Source: Macrostomum lignano
Taxonomy: Eukaryota
Direction: 5' to 3'
DNA length: 64,000 nucleotides
Assembly: GCA_002269645.1 (NCBI GenBank)
Contig: NIVC01000006.1
Location: forward strand, 62,001-126,000
A model generated the notes under the pieces. It worked only from the letters and a program-made list of their open reading frames with translations. It searched no databases and was not told the DNA's origin. Both the position numbers and the translations under genes were made by a program. Positions 22,245 through 34,200 of the stretch are shown here, one piece after another; position 1 is the first letter of the stretch, and each line of letters begins with the position of its first letter.

Positions 22245-25200
22245 ATGCAGCAGCATCAGCAGTCTGATGACAGCTGCTTAGATGAAACAGACGATTCGCC
22301 TGCGGCTAACCGCCGCTCCACTGCCGCTAGTGGACGTAGCGGCGGCGCTGGCGGCAGCGAAAACATTGCTAGTGTCAACGCCGGTTCGACGCGCCGTCGA
22401 AGCAGTCGTCGCAGCGCTCTGCTACGTTGCGGTGGCAGCAGCGTCGATGGCGCAGCCGGCCCGGCGGCTGGCAGCTCCGCGTCCGCGGCAGCGTCGTCTT
22501 TGCGTCCTCAACGTCGGTTGCCTCAGCAGCTAGTGCCGCAGCCGCTACCAGCGTCGCCTTCTCTGTCGGCGGCTTCGGCAGCGTCGCCAGAGGAGCCCTC
22601 TGAGCAGGAGGATGTCGAAGACGAGGAGGCCGCGTCGGAGGCGTTCAGCGCCACGGCCAGCGTCAACGAAGCCGAAGCAGCGGAAGACGACGAGGATGGA
22701 GACAATGAGGAAGACGCCGATGAAGATCTCGACGAAGACTACGAGGCGGAGGAGGAAGAGGATGAAGAAGAGCAATCTGCTGGCGCTGTCACTTCTTCTT
22801 CGCGTTCTCGGCGACGCCTGCCTGAGACTCGGTCGCTGTCGGAAGCATTGCCAGCTTCGACGGTGTCGGCTGATGGGTCGGCAACCGGCGGTGGAGCGCG
22901 GAGTCTCCGATTGCGCAGTCGACTACGACAGCTTCACCGGGCCGGAACGAAGCGACGTACCGGTTCCGCTGAGTCCGATGACGATTTGTCGTCTGCTGAC
23001 AGGTGAAAATTTATTATCACCATAAAAAATTATTGTCACATGTCACCAAAATTGAAGCATCAAACAACTTTCAATTGAGCCTTGACAACTTGGCACTTTT
23101 ATTAGGCATGCATATAAAGTGTCTTTGAACTTTTTGTAGTGCATGCGCACTTTTAAAGTACAAGTGGTTTTGATGTTTTAGTACTTTACCCGAACCCGTT
23201 AAGTACGTACTTGTACTTTAGTAGTTTTGAGTTTTCCATACCGCCTGTACTTTGCTGCTTGTTTTATATTTGTAGTGTATACGAGTCAGCTGATCAGTCA
23301 GCCAGCCAGCAGCAGCAGCAACAACTAGAACAAGATCAACAACAGGAGCAGCAGCAGCAACAGCTTTGTTGCTTTTGCAATCTATCAGATTGCAACACAA
23401 CTTTTGGCCAAGGCGACATGACCAGATTCCGCTTGGCTGCAATGCCCAGCAGCAGCAGGCGGCTGCCGCAGCATCAGCAGGCGATTGCGGACGATGACGT
23501 CGGCTGTCTGGATGTAATTCGACGCCGCCGCGACGGTCAGCCAGTCGATTCCGACAGGCCTGGCGTGCCGAACCCCTGGCTGGACGCCGACGGCCGGCCC
23601 TACGGCCTGGTGCACGAGCTGGCCCGGATCGGGCACGCCGAGTTGCCAGACCTCTCCAGCCTTGCTGATGCCGATGGCGGTGCCTGGGCGCATCACTGCT
23701 GCGCCGCCTGGTCGCCGGAGGTTGTCATGAATGCCGCCGGTGAATTGGAGAACGTCGATAAAGCGCTTGGCAACAGTCTGTGGCAGCGGTGCGCCTTCTG
23801 CAAACGGCTGGGCGCCAGCATCCCCTGCTGCGCTGCTCGCTGCTCCAGGCGCTATCATTTTGTGTGCGCCGCGGCTGCCGGCTGCTTTCAGGTACTGTGT
23901 CTAATTGCTTCTGTCTAATTTGCTTCTGTCCAATTGCTTCTGTCCAATTGCTTCTGTCCAATTGCTTCTGTCTAATTGTTTCTGTCTAATTGCTTCTGTC
24001 TAATTGCTTCTGTCTAATTGTTTCTGTCTAATTTGCTTCTGTCCAATTGCTTCTGTCCAATTGCTTTTGTCCAATTGCTTTTGTCCAATTGCTTCTGTCT
24101 AATTTGCTTCTGTCCAATTGCTTCTGTCCAATTGCTTCTATCTTATTGCTTCTGTCTAATTGCTTCTGTCCAATTGCTTCTGTCTAATTGCTTTTGTCCA
24201 ATTGCTTCTGTCTAATTGCTTCTGTCCAATTGCTTCTGTCTAATTTGCTTCTGTCCAATTGCTTCTGTCCAATTGCTTCTATCTTATTGCTTCTGTCTAA
24301 TTGCTTCTGTCCAATTGCTTCTGTCCAATTGCTTCTGTCCAATTGCTTCTGTCTAATTTGCTTCTGTCTAATTTGCTTCTGTCTTATTGCTTCTATCTTA
24401 TTGCTTCTGTCTAATTGCTTCTGTCCAATTGCTTCTGTCTAATTTGCTTCTGTCCAATTGCTTCTGTCCAATTGCTTCTGTCTAATTTGCTTCTGTCTAA
24501 TTGTTTCTGTCTAATTTGCTTCTGTCTAATTTGCTTCTGTCCAATTGCTTCTGTCCAATTGCTTCTGTCTAATTGCTTCTGTCCAATTGCTTCTGTCTAA
24601 TTTGCTTCTGTCCAATTGCTTCTGTCCAATTGCTTCTGTCTAATTTGCTTCTGTCTAATTGTTTCTGTCTAATTTGCTTCTGTCTAATTTGCTTCTGTCC
24701 AATTGCTTCTGTCCAATTGCTTCTATCTTATTGCTTCTGTCTAATTGCTTCTGTCTAATTGCTTCTGTCCAATTGCTTCTGTCCAATTGCTTCTGTCCAA
24801 TTGCTTCTGTCTAATTTGCTTCTGTCTAATTGTTTCTGTCTAATTGCTTCTGTCTAATTTGCTTCTGTCTAATTGTTTCTGTCCAATTTGCTCCTGTCTA
24901 ATTGCTTCTGTCTAATTGCTTCTGTCCAATTGCTTCTGTCCAATTTGCTCCTGTCTAATTGCTTCTGTCTGTCTGTAATTGCTCCTGTGTGTCTGTATGA
25001 ATTGCGAATTTCAAATTCGTTTTGTGTCCGTTGTTTCTGTCTGCTTTTGTTTGCTTTTGTCTGCTTTTGTGGCAGTTTCTGTTTAAATTAGCTTTTCTCG
25101 TGTCTCCGTGTGCTTGTATCTGCTTGTGTTGCTCTATTGAGTTTCTGCTTGCTCTATTTAGCTGCATTATGCTATATTACCCCCGACTCTCCTTTGTTCC

Positions 25201-28200
25201 GCAGGACTACAGCACGCTGCGCCTGTGGTGCTGGGACCACCTGGCCCTGGCGGACACATCGGACGAGCACGCCATGTGCTACGTGTGCGACAAAGCCCTG
25301 CCAGACCTGGCGGACCTACTCTACTGCACCGCCTGCGGTCAGCACTACCATGCCAGCTGCTTGGAGCCGCGCGTCACCCTCAGCCCCACAGTCCGGGTCG
25401 GCTGGCAGTGCCCCGACTGCAAGGCCTGCATTCACTGCGGCGAAAATAAAAACGAAGAGAAATTATTAATATGCGACGTCTGCGATAAAGCATTTCATAC
25501 CTACTGTCTGAGGCCCGCTATGCGCTGCATTCCTAAGAGCGGCTGGAAGTGCACCCGCTGCCGCGTCTGCTGGGACTGCGGCGCCAGGAGCCTCGGCATC
25601 GGCTCCGCGCCCTCCTCGCTATCATCGTCACCAACGTCGAGTCGAGTTGCAGTCAGATGGCACGCCAACTATACTCAGTGCGACCGCTGCCATCACGCCG
25701 CTAGAACTAGACAGCAGCAGCACCAGCGACGGCCTTCCGCGTCGCCCACCCAGTCCGAGGCTTCCATGGCGTCGTCGACGCCTTCGACAGTCGGACCAGC
25801 GACTATTGCTGCTGCTGCTGCTGCTGCTACTAATAGCAGTAGTAATAACAGTTCGCTGTCGTCTCCGTCTAGGAAAAAGCGCCGAAGATTGTCCGCTGCG
25901 GCGCCAGTATCGCCGACTCTAGCGGCGCCGACCATGCCGCCGACCATGCCGCCACCACCGCCTCCGCCGCCTCCGCTATCTTCGTCGACCAGATCGGCAT
26001 CCGGTGTCAGGACTAGCGGCACTACTAACAGCACCGCTAGTAGTAAGCATAGAAAATTGGCATCATCGGCTGCTGATACCGGGGACTCCGTGTTAGACAA
26101 AGACGATCATCCCATCACTGTGGTGGTCTGCCGCCAGCCAGACGAATCGTTCTTTTGCTCTCAAGACGTCTGCGTAGCCTGCGGTTCTATTGGCGACAGC
26201 CAGTCTCAGTCGCTGCTGTGCTGCTCCCAATGCGGCCAGTGCTATCACACTTTCTGCGCTGGCGTTTCCAAATTGGCGCAGGTGAACTTTTATTCTTTAA
26301 TTGCTTTTGTGTTGAGATTTGACTACAGTTATTGTTGGATTCTTTCCAATATGTCTTCATTCAAACAAATCAGATCTCAGCGTTTCAATGCTTTCTTAGA
26401 AATCAGCGTTCCCGATGCTTTCCTAGAATTCAGGGTTCCCGATGTTTTCCTAGAAGTCAGGGTTCCTGATGCTTTCCTAGAAATCAGGGTTCTTGATGAT
26501 TTCTTAGAAATCAGGGTTTCCGATGCTTTCCTAGAAAACCTGCGTTTTTGATGCTTTTCTAGAAAACCTGCGTTTTTGATGCTTTCCTAGAAAACCTGCG
26601 TTTTTGATGTTTTCCTAGAAAACAGGGTTCTCCATAAATTCTTGGAAAACAATGGTTCCCAATCCTTTCCTAGTAAATCTTAGAAAATCAAAGTCTCCAA
26701 TGTTTTCTTAAAAAGAATTCAATTTTGTACTGAATTTTTATTTTATTTTTAATAGTAGCTCTGGTTCTCTTTGCTCCTTAAAAAAATTGTGTTCTTGAGA
26801 ATAAGTGATCCCAATGAACCCCGCAGAATAATCACTAGGAGCATATTCCTATACAACCAAATGAAATCAATCCCACACAATTCACTCCGCAGGTGATGGC
26901 CGACAAGGGCTGGCGCTGTTTCGACTGCACAGTGTGCGAAGGCTGCGGCAAGAGCAATCGCGAGTCTCTACTATTGCTGTGCGACGACTGCGACATATCT
27001 TATCACACGTTCTGTCTGGACCCGCCGCTGACTGAGGTGCCCAAAGGCGCTTGGAAATGCCGGCACTGCGTTGTTTGCACCCTGTGCGGCAGCCGATCGC
27101 CAGGCTACAACTGCTCCTGGCAGCATAACTTCAGCCGCTGCGGCCTCTGCCACTCTCACTACGCCTGTCCGCTGTGCACCGCCCAGTACAGGGAGGGCGA
27201 CCTTCTAGTGCACTGCGCCCAGTGCGAGCGCTGGTGCCACGCACTGTGCGACGGCTTAGCCAACGAAGCCGAAGCTGAATTAGCCACCGACCTTAATTAT
27301 CTGTGCTATTATTGTCGGGGCCAGGTGCCGCTCCGGTTGCCGGGCGGTTGCCAGGCAGATCTGCCAGCATATTGCTCATCGGATAGCGGCAAACAGTTTT
27401 TCATGGACGGTGTTGTACTGTCCGAGATCGGCATGCTGCTGGTTCGGGGTGCTATGCTCAAACTGCCAGCTAAAATGTCTGCTCAGCAGTTGCACCAGCA
27501 GCACATGCTGCAGCAGCCTCATCATCAGCCTCCTCAGCAGCAACAAACCTCCCCAGCAGTAGAGCACTCCTCACCGATGCAGCCGCAGGACTCGAATAAA
27601 TTGCGCAAACCAACTAATTTAGGGGTTGGCGGGTTTCGGCCAAGGCAGCAGAGGGGCCGTCAGCCGTCTCAGCTTCCCCTTTATCATTCGCATGATCAGC
27701 AGCAGCAGCAGCTTCAGCATCATTTTCACCGGCAGCAGTCTCTGCCAGGCGGCGTCTCTCAGCTTCAACAGCAGCTTCAGAGACCGCAGCAGCAGCAGCA
27801 GCAATCGCTAATGCAACAGTTGCAACAGCCCAAAAGGCGAGGTCCTCGCCGAAAAATTAGCGATATTGAGGAGAATTATCCCGAATATCTGATGGAGGCT
27901 TTCCTTGGCCGGCCAATTTTAACTGGGGCCAGAGCAGTTGCGGCTGGCGGACCCTCTGCTGCTTCCGGTTCCCAGGCTGCCGCTGCTGTGGCGTCGGCTG
28001 CCGCTCCTGGCTGTGTTTCCGGTTCCGCTTCCGGTGCTGCTGGCGTTGCCGCCCCAGCAGCCGGAAGCAGCCTGGCCGCCGCTGCTCTGACACCTGCAGC
28101 AGCATCGAATGCAGCTTTGTCGCCTGAGACAGCTCAGTCAGCCGCGGTCGCTTCAGTCTCCGGTGCTAAAACTGCCGACGATCCCGAAGCTGAAGACTCC

Positions 28201-31200
28201 GACGAGACCAGGTCGGTGGACGATCTGATGAGCATGCCAGCCATGGCGCCCGCAGGTCCCGCACCTGCCGCTAACTCCGCTGCCGCCACCGCCCCCGCTG
28301 CCGCCCCCGCTTCCTCCTCGTCGACCCCCGCCGCCGCTGCAGCCAAAGTTGACGATGCCGAAGCTGATCGAGACGATCTTGGCGACATCATCCCGGATGT
28401 TGTCGGCGTTGCAGGCGTTGGCGTTGTGGATGACGACGATGAGGACCTGCTGTTTACGATGCTGCGCGAGGACATGCGCAGCGTTGGCATTCGCAAATCC
28501 GACCTGCAGCCTTCGCAGCCGCCGCCTCCCCCGCCGCCTCAGCCGCCGCCGCCTCAGCCGCCTTCATCGGCTGCTTCAACTTCGGGTGCCGCTGCCGAGG
28601 ACGATCTGGACATTGACAATCTGGATCCCAGCCTCACCCAGCTGTGCTGCGATCACACAACCGTGCAAGATGTTATCAAAGGCCTCGGCGGGCCGCTGCC
28701 ACCTCCGCCGCCTCCATCCGCTCCGTTGTCGTTGCAGCCAGCTAGCAGCGGCGAGGACACCGCGGCGGCCAAGCGTCGCATCAACACCCAGCGCTGGTTG
28801 GAAGACGAGAGCCTCGGCGATCGGGCCACGGCCGCCTCGATTTTCTACGCCAATCAGCGAGCCCCGAACCTGCGGCAGGAGATGCCCAATAGCGAGGAGC
28901 GATGCCGGCACGTGAATAAGATGTGGCGCAAATTGCCAGCTGAGGAGCGGCACCAGTGGGTTGTGAGTGACGCTTTAGTTTTATGTGGATTAAACAGTCA
29001 TATCGCCCACAGCACCCAATGAGAATCGCCCACAGACCTCAATGAGAATCGCCCACAGACCCCAACGAGAATCGCCCACAGCACCCAATCAGAATCGCCC
29101 GCAGACCCCAATGAGAATCGCCCACAGACCCCAATGAGAATCGCCCACAGCACCCAATGAGAATCGCCCACACACCCCAATGAGAATCGCCCACACACCC
29201 CAATAAGAATCGCCCACAGACCCCAATGAGAATCGCCCACAGACCCCAATGAGAATCGCCCACACACCCCAATGAGAATCGCCCACAGCACCCAATGAGA
29301 ATCGCCCACACACCCCAATGAGAATCGCCCACACACCCCAATGAGAATCGCCCACAGACCCATTGAGAATCGCCCACAGACCCCAATGAGAATCGCCCAC
29401 AGACCCCAATGAGAATCGCCCACAGACCCCAATCAGAATCGCCCACAGACCCCAATGAGAATCGCCCACAGACCCCAATCAGAATCGCCCACACACCCCA
29501 ATGAGAATCGCCCACAGACCCCAATGAGAATCGCCCACACACCCCAATGAGAATCGCCCACAGACCCATTGAGAATCGCCCACAGACCCCAATGAGAATC
29601 GCCCACAGACCCCAATGAGAATCGCCCACAGACCCCAATGAGAATCGCCCACAGACCCCAATGAGAATCGCCCACAGACCCCAATGAGAATCGCCCACAG
29701 ACCCCAATAAGAATCGCCCACAGACCCCGATGATAATCCTGATAATCACCCACAGACCCCAATCAGAATCGCCCACAGACTCGAATGAGAATTCTCTGCA
29801 AATCGCTCTACTCTCTACATCTGCCCTGTGTTAAAACTGCATCAAATTGGAAAATTCCATCTGTAATTAACATTTTTTTGCAGGTGATGGCTCGCGCGAA
29901 TAAGTCGCAGCAGCAACAGCAACAACCTCAGCAGCAGCAGTCAAAGAAAGCCTCTGGCCCGTCGCTAATGGACAGCTCTTCCGCATCGGGCGCGCAGCAT
30001 CCGCGCACGCCAACCTCTCTGTCGTCGTCTTCGTCGCCGCTGATGTCTTCTACGGTTTCGCCGACTGCCGCTCTCTATCAGCAGTCCAAGCAGGCTGGGG
30101 TATGCGGTCTGGCAGGGGATGAGACATAAGTGGCGATGGGAGAGGGGGGACGAGAGGAGATATAGAGAAGGGAGATGAGAATGTGAAAGAATCACATAGG
30201 ATTGTGAGATATTGTGCATCAGTATCACGCCAGTGCTTAATCGCCAACGCCAATATCCCTAATTCGCAGAGCGCAGACAGTTTTCGACAGTCGCCTGTCG
30301 ACCAATCAAATAGCGAAGCTGAAAGTGCTGAAAAGCGTAACCAGGTACGCGATTTGATTGCTAGACAGTCGAAAGAGCGTCAAATACAAAGGACAATGCA
30401 AATTTCCGGGCCGCAACAGCAGCAGAGTCTGCAACAACAAAGTCTGCAACAGCAGCAGAATCTGCAACATCAGCAGAGTCTGCAACAGCAGCAGAATTTA
30501 CAACATCAGCAGAGTCTGCAACAGCAGCAGAGTTTGCAGCAGCAACAAAGTCTGCAACAGCAGCAGAGTCTGCAACAGCAACAGCAGAGTCTGCAGCAGC
30601 AACAAAGTCTGCAACAGCAGCAGAGTCTGCAACAGCAACAGCAGAGTCTGCAACAGCAACAAAGTCTGCAACAACAACAGCAAAGTCTGCAACAACAACA
30701 GCAAAGTCTGCAACAGCAACAGCAGAGTCTGCAACAGCAGCAGAGTCTGCAACAGCAACAGAGACTGCAACAGCAGAATCTGCAGCAGCAGCAGCAGAGT
30801 CTGCAACAGCAGCAGAGTCTGCAACAGCAACAGAGACTGCAACAGCAGAATCTGCAGCAGCAGCAGCAGAGTCTGCAACCACAGACTCAACAGCCCTGGT
30901 TAACTAGGCCATCACTGTCTCTTCCGATGCAATGCAGTAAGTAGAGCAAGCACAATTAGTACAATTTATCCAGATGCAGCGCAGCAGCAACTTTTTGGCA
31001 CCAACATTGTGTGTTATAACTTTTACATTTCCAGCGCCCGATGTGCCACCCGGAATGGCCACTGTACAGCTAGCTCACGGAAAATGGGCAAGCGTTCCTC
31101 AGGTAGGACTTGGCACCTAGTTAATGCATAATTAATTAAAGGTTTTCCTTGGTAATTCTAGTAGAAACTAGTGTGGCATTTTAATTTCAGTTGACGCGCC

Positions 31201-34200
31201 CAACATCGGCCGCCTCGTTTGGACCCTTGCTGCTTCAGCAGCAGCAGCAGCAGCAGTGCCAGCAATTCCATTTGACGCCTGCCCTGTATAGGCCGCCAAC
31301 TGGTGCTCCGGCTTCCTTCATCGCTTCGCAGCCTCCGCGACCTCCATCGCAATTCGCGTCTAGCTTTGCGTCGCCTGCATTGTCGGAGGCTCTGCTAAGA
31401 AGCGGCGCGCCTACGTCCATTACGCTGCAGCAGCCGCAAATTCAGCAACAACCGAATCAAGCCGCTGCAACATCTCTTGCTTACTCTAACTCGGCTTTAC
31501 GGCCTGAGAATGCGGCTAGGATACAGGAAAACAGTATTAGCTCTCGTGTGATGAGTAATGAGCTGCAGATATGCACGCAAGCCACCGCCAGCGAAAGCGC
31601 TGTGATAACTACATCTGATGTTCATGAAACTGATGAAGCAACACAAATAAATCATCAAAACTGTGAGTCAGTTGGAAACAGCGGCTCAGATATGGAAGCT
31701 AATGATACACAAAGGCCTGCGTGTGAACCAGGCAGTGAAAACTGTGGCACAGATGATGAATCTGATGATGCGCCAAAGCCTCGTTGTGAGCCAGGCAGTG
31801 GAAACTGTGGCACAGATGATGAATCTGATGATGCGCCAAAGCCTCCTTGTAAGCCAGGCAGTGGAAACTGCGGCACAGATGATGAAGCTGATGATGCGCC
31901 AAAGCCTCGTTGTGAACCAGGCAGTGGAAACTGCGGCACAGATGATGAAGCTGATGATGCGCCAAAGCCTCGCTGTGAACCAGGCAGTGGAAACTGCGGG
32001 ACAGATGATAAAGCTGATGATGCGCCAAAGCCTCGCTGTGAACCAGGCAGTGGAAACTGCGGGACAGATGATAAAGCTGATGATGCGCCAAAGCCTCGTT
32101 GTAAGCCAGGCAGTGGAAACTGCGGCACAGATGATGAAGCTGATGATGCGCCAAAGCCTCCTTGTAAGCCAGGCAGTGGAAACTGCGGCACAGATGATGA
32201 AGCTGATGATGCGCCAAAGCCTCGCTGTGAGCCAGGCAGTGGAAACTGCGGCACAGATGATGAAGCTGATGATGCACCAAAGCCTCGCTGTGAACCAGGC
32301 AGTGGAAACTGCGGCACAGATGATGAAGCTGATGGAGCATCAACAAAGCCTCGCTGTGAACTAGGCAGTGGAAACTGCGGCACAGATGATGAGGCTGATT
32401 GCAATGCTACTTCAGGGCCTTCGGTATGTAAACCCGGTAGTGGAAACTGTGACACTGATGATGAGGCAGAAAAAGCAGTTGATTTGAAGCATCAAAGGTG
32501 CGAACCTGGTAGTGGAAACTGCGGCACAGATGATGAAATGGAGGAAGGTGAAACACCGAAATCAGAAACGTGTGAGGCAGCTCAGTCGCAGTCTGATATA
32601 GCTGCGGAAGTTAAGAATGCCGGGAGCTCAAAGTCCTCTAGTTGTGCTTCAGGTAGTGGCAACTGTGGCACAGATGATAAAGAAGATCAAACTAAGACTT
32701 CCGATCTTGAAGAATACCCTTCTGGTACTACAAACTGCTACACTCTAGATAAGTTAGAAGAAAAGGGTAGCATATCATCGAAGGCTAAGAAAGAAACTGA
32801 CACTCGGAACTCTGGTAATGTCGATCTTGAATATTCAAACAAATTAGAAGGCAAAACTGGCAGGCCAAACTGCAACTCGAACGATGCTGCAGTGACAGAT
32901 GACGCAGCAGACAATGTTAATTGCAAGTCCAGCGAGGAGAACAACGGGCCGAGCGGTATGGACACTTCAGAGGTGCCTACGTCAGTCGCTGCCGCAGCGG
33001 ACGTGGCAATGCCAGAAACAGCTACAGTGCTAGCGTCATCTACTCAGGGTACTACTGTTAATAAGTCGACCTCCTTAGCTTCCAAAGATGCAGCAGTCAG
33101 CAGCAGCAATGAATCGCAGTCTGTTTCTCCTAATCAATCAGAGACTTCTGCAGCATCTCAGCCGCCTCAGCGCTGCTCGCCGCCTTTGTCTTCCGCCGCT
33201 GTGCTTACTGGACAAATGCGACAGCTATTAACCAACGTAGACTCCAAAGATGAATCCGCAACCGCAACCACCGTAGTGACCTCGTCGGCCCTTGAAAAGC
33301 AACCAGACCGTCAGAAGTCTGTTGAAGAGTCCAAGTCTGCCACGCCTTCGCAACAAGAGGAGCAAAAACAGAAAGAATCGACAGAATCAGTATCGCAGCC
33401 TCAGCTGCCCAGCAGTCTTGATGACGTCATTTCAAGCGTGATAGCGGACTCCAGCAACTATAAGGCGCCGCCAGCTGCTACGGCAGCTTCGTCAGCTTCA
33501 TCTGCATCCGTTGCTCCGCCGCCCCAACAGCGCCAGGGCCTATTTCCTATATCCGCTGAGGATGTTGAAATGCTTCTTGGCAATGAGCTGCCCGCTAAAC
33601 CGCAGCCTCAACCGCCGCAGCCTCAACCGCCGCAGCCTCTGCAGCAGCAACGTCCAACTCTTCAGCAGCCGCCGCCGCCGCCGCCGCCGCCACCGCAGCC
33701 GCCACCGCCACCGCAATCTCCCGCCGGTTTCGTCATCTCTCCGCATCCTCCGCAGCATCAGCCTCAGCCGCCGTCCCACTTTTATTACGGTGGCCAGTGG
33801 CGCAGCCCCGCAATGCGACCTCCGCCAGCCATGCCGCAGCCTGAGCAGCAGCAGCATCAGCATCAGAACTATCAGCGGCTGGAACTTGAAGCCCAGCTAA
33901 AGAATGTTGAAGAGAAACTGGCGTCGAATAGAAAACTTAAAAAGAATTTAAACGCTAAAGGACGAACGGTGAGTGATTTGTGCAAGATTTTCTTCATGAT
34001 TTGGATAACAGTTAAAATTTGGAATAAATGATGAGAGAATTAAGATTTCGCAACTACCAAATCTCAGGTGTAAAATTTCGCATAGCAATTACCAAATCTT
34101 AGGGCTGAGATTTCGCATAGGTATAATCAAATCTCAGGGGTGAGTTTTCGCACCGGAACTAACAATCTAAGAGGTGAGATTTCGCACCGGGACTAACAAT

